Below, one piece after another: positions 61,888-64,000 of a DNA stretch of 64,000 nt (positions are counted from its first letter, which is position 1; each line of letters opens with the position of its first letter). This stretch comes from Selaginella moellendorffii (Eukaryota; Plantae; Lycopodiophyta), in NCBI RefSeq assembly GCF_000143415.4, contig NW_003314266.1, forward strand, positions 318,503 through 382,502. The letters are read 5' to 3'. The notes below the pieces were generated by a model. That model saw nothing but the letters and a program-made list of their open reading frames with translations. It made no database searches and was not told the DNA's origin. A program made the position numbers and the translations under genes.

Positions 61888-62495
61888 CGATAAATGGGGA
61901 TAAAATAGCCACTAAGGGCTCTTTCATTAAGTAATTGCCCCTTTTCCAGTTGGCTTAAGAGAAAAGAGATAGGGTGTGCTACATGTGGTATCAGAGCCAA
62001 TGGCACGAGTTCAATTCCCATTGATTAGTGGCTTTTTAAAAATATAATATACCCTTGAGCAAGATATATTCCTATCCCTAAATTTGAAATTGTATGTATT
62101 GAGCATCCATGTGTATGTCCTTCCTCTTGTGTGGAGTATCTATAGATGAAGGTATCCATTGTAGGACTACGGTACAGGTGGATGACTAGTTTCCTTACAT
62201 GGAATAGCTGATCTACACAATGGAAAGATTGGTAAATTAAGTGCGAAAATGGAGATTCTAGTTCCTCTTGGTTAAAAAGGGGTTGTTAGTCAATAGTCAA
62301 TGAGGACATTGACAACTTTGAAGGGGGGGTGAGGGTAGCGCATGTGATCATGGGATGAGATTTGGATATACTGTCACCGTAAATCCTTGAAACTTTAGAA
62401 GATAAATGGGGATAAAATAAGCACTAAGGGCTCTTTTATCAAGCAATTACCCCTTTTCCAGTTCACTTAAGGAAAGAGAGATAGGGTACACTACA
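61888..62495 (+). mobile_element. Second TRIM-like copy (5' LTR truncated)
   Basis: LTR end at 61983, PBS TGGTATCAGAGC at 61986-61997, interior homologous to 53955-54289, PPT GAAGGGGGGGTGAG, 3' LTR 62334-62495. Confidence 0.85.
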
Positions 62496-62556
62496 CTTCC
62501 CCAATGTCTCTTCTTTAGTTCGTACCAAATCCCCATCTATAGCCATTATCAAAAAA

Positions 62557-63024
62557 GTGACTATGGGTATCGAAAGTTATCTATTAGCTAGTCCTTTTTT
62601 ATATTCTTTCCTTACTACCACGATGGTAGGAAGTTGGTATTATTCATTCCCTTTATCAACCCTTTTTATTCAAGTGTTAGTAAACTGGGCTTAGCACTTG
62701 TACTTAGCCAGATGGATATAAGGTAGGAACTCCTATGTGTTTCTTATTGAGCATACTCAACCTAACTTTTAGTTCTTTTTTGCTTTATCTTGCATTAGCT
62801 TGACAAGAACCCTCACATATTGAGACTAATCCCTTAACATTGTCAAATGATAGCTTATTGTGTCTGTTAAACATTTGCACTATCATACACCTTGTGTTAG
62901 TACTGTTCAATTCTAATTGCTATCTATGGAAAGTGTTTAGATTTGTTAATTTGACATATTTACGGAATATAGAGATGATCCTGAACACAATGGTGTTCAT
63001 CCCGTGTCCAAATTCACAATTTAG
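62557..63024 (+). mobile_element. 5' half of a family-B LTR, cut at CACAATTTAG
   Basis: Matches 56711-57184. Confidence 0.75.
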
Positions 63025-64000
63025 AGCACGGACCATACTTAAGTTTACAAGCTGAAGAGTTGAGCTCACGAATTGACCTCAATTTTCAATTATAATTTAG
63101 TACAAACATTATAAAATTTAAAATTTTAAGGTTATGGCAAACCTAATAATTTCATAACTCTCTATATATTATATAGATAAAAAAGTTCTAAAGGACACTT
63201 CTTGTTCTAATAATTTAAATATTTACTACATGTAATTATAGGGACATTTGTTAGAATATAAAATAAATGTTTGCAAAAAGGGTATTCTAATCACTTCTTT
63301 AAATTTGTACTCTGTGCTTTTTGGCTAGTAAATATCAGGCTTGTCAAAACTAAAAAATTATTAAATTTGAAATAAGATTCTATGTAAAGCTATATAACCG
63401 TTTAAAATGAAAAAACAAAAAAACTGTTGATGTAAACTTATTGCATATAAAAGAAAGACTTGGTTTTGTTCTAGAATACATTCTTGAGGGGTTTGTTATA
63501 GCATACTGTTTAGAATTTAAAAATCTTCATTCACACTCTCATTCCAAAAAAGGGAAATACACATAAATATTTGGGTTTTAGTGTTAGTAATTTTAACTCT
63601 CACAATCTTTCTTCCTAGGGTTCAAGGGCTAGAAGATGTAATAACTATCCCATTGCATAGCATAACCAAACCACATAAAAGAATGAAAGAGAGGATAGCG
63701 AGGATAGTGATCATGAGTTGGAGATAAATGCAATGACAAGGGGTGCAACAAATTGGGTGAAAAAGAATGCCTTTTTATTTGTTTTAGAAAAGTGCAATTC
63801 TACCACATTCAAGAAATGCCCCATATGTTTTTTAGCGTCTGGTGGAAACAATAGCAATGATCAGTATGATGGTATATATGCTCTTGTGACACACTACAAC
63901 ATCACACATTGGAAAAACTACCATGAATTTTTTTTTGAGATGGTAAAGACAGAAATGGAGACACACGAGTACTATGGGCAGTATTGCAAAAAGAATACTT
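63024..64000 (+). mobile_element. Left end of a TIR element related to 18102-23483; zinc-finger-like frame 63679-64000 runs off the window
   Basis: GAGCACGGACCATACTTAAGTT...GAGTTGAGCTCACG resembles the reverse complement of the 23483 and 29286 termini. The frame KKCPICFLASGG...YDGIYALVTHYNITHWKNYHEFFFEMVKTEMETHEYY aligns by eye with the ~21980-21810 remnant. Confidence 0.55.

Overview
Repeat-rich land-plant genomic DNA. Very short (~45-55 nt) GT-AG introns, TTTAGGG repeats, a PLS-type PPR fragment and EUL lectins point to a lycophyte such as Selaginella (inference). The main candidate for a new system is 1-12350, an apparently intact DNA-transposon-like unit with two divergent genes. One is a Sola1/DUF7869-type DDD transposase (247-3388, minus). 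The other is a hand-spliced 11-exon, ~1631-aa gene (6336-11926, plus) fusing a ParB-like domain, a degenerate beta-class DNA amino-methyltransferase-like fold, an acidic tract and an FCP1/NIF HAD phosphatase. About 20 copies of a 22-bp palindrome (ATGGCRTG-N6-CAYGCCAT) are spread over the unit, mostly in introns and the divergent promoter, and I did not see it elsewhere in the window. This resembles a parS-like or VANC-like self-recognition code. A second, decayed TIR-element family carries a more canonical ParB + N6/N4-methyltransferase gene plus Zn-finger and Ulp1-like remnants (18102-23483, partial copy 26864-29286, left end at 63024). The rest is nested LTR retroelement debris (minisatellite-bearing LTRs, gypsy and copia remnants, TRIMs, a solo LTR), a 96-bp palindromic tandem array, an assembly gap, and a host gene island (39-48.7 kb) of tandem two-domain EUL lectins interleaved with a GT29 sialyltransferase-like MGP2/SIA1 gene and its pseudogene fragments. 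All domain calls are by-eye motif recognition, not database searches.
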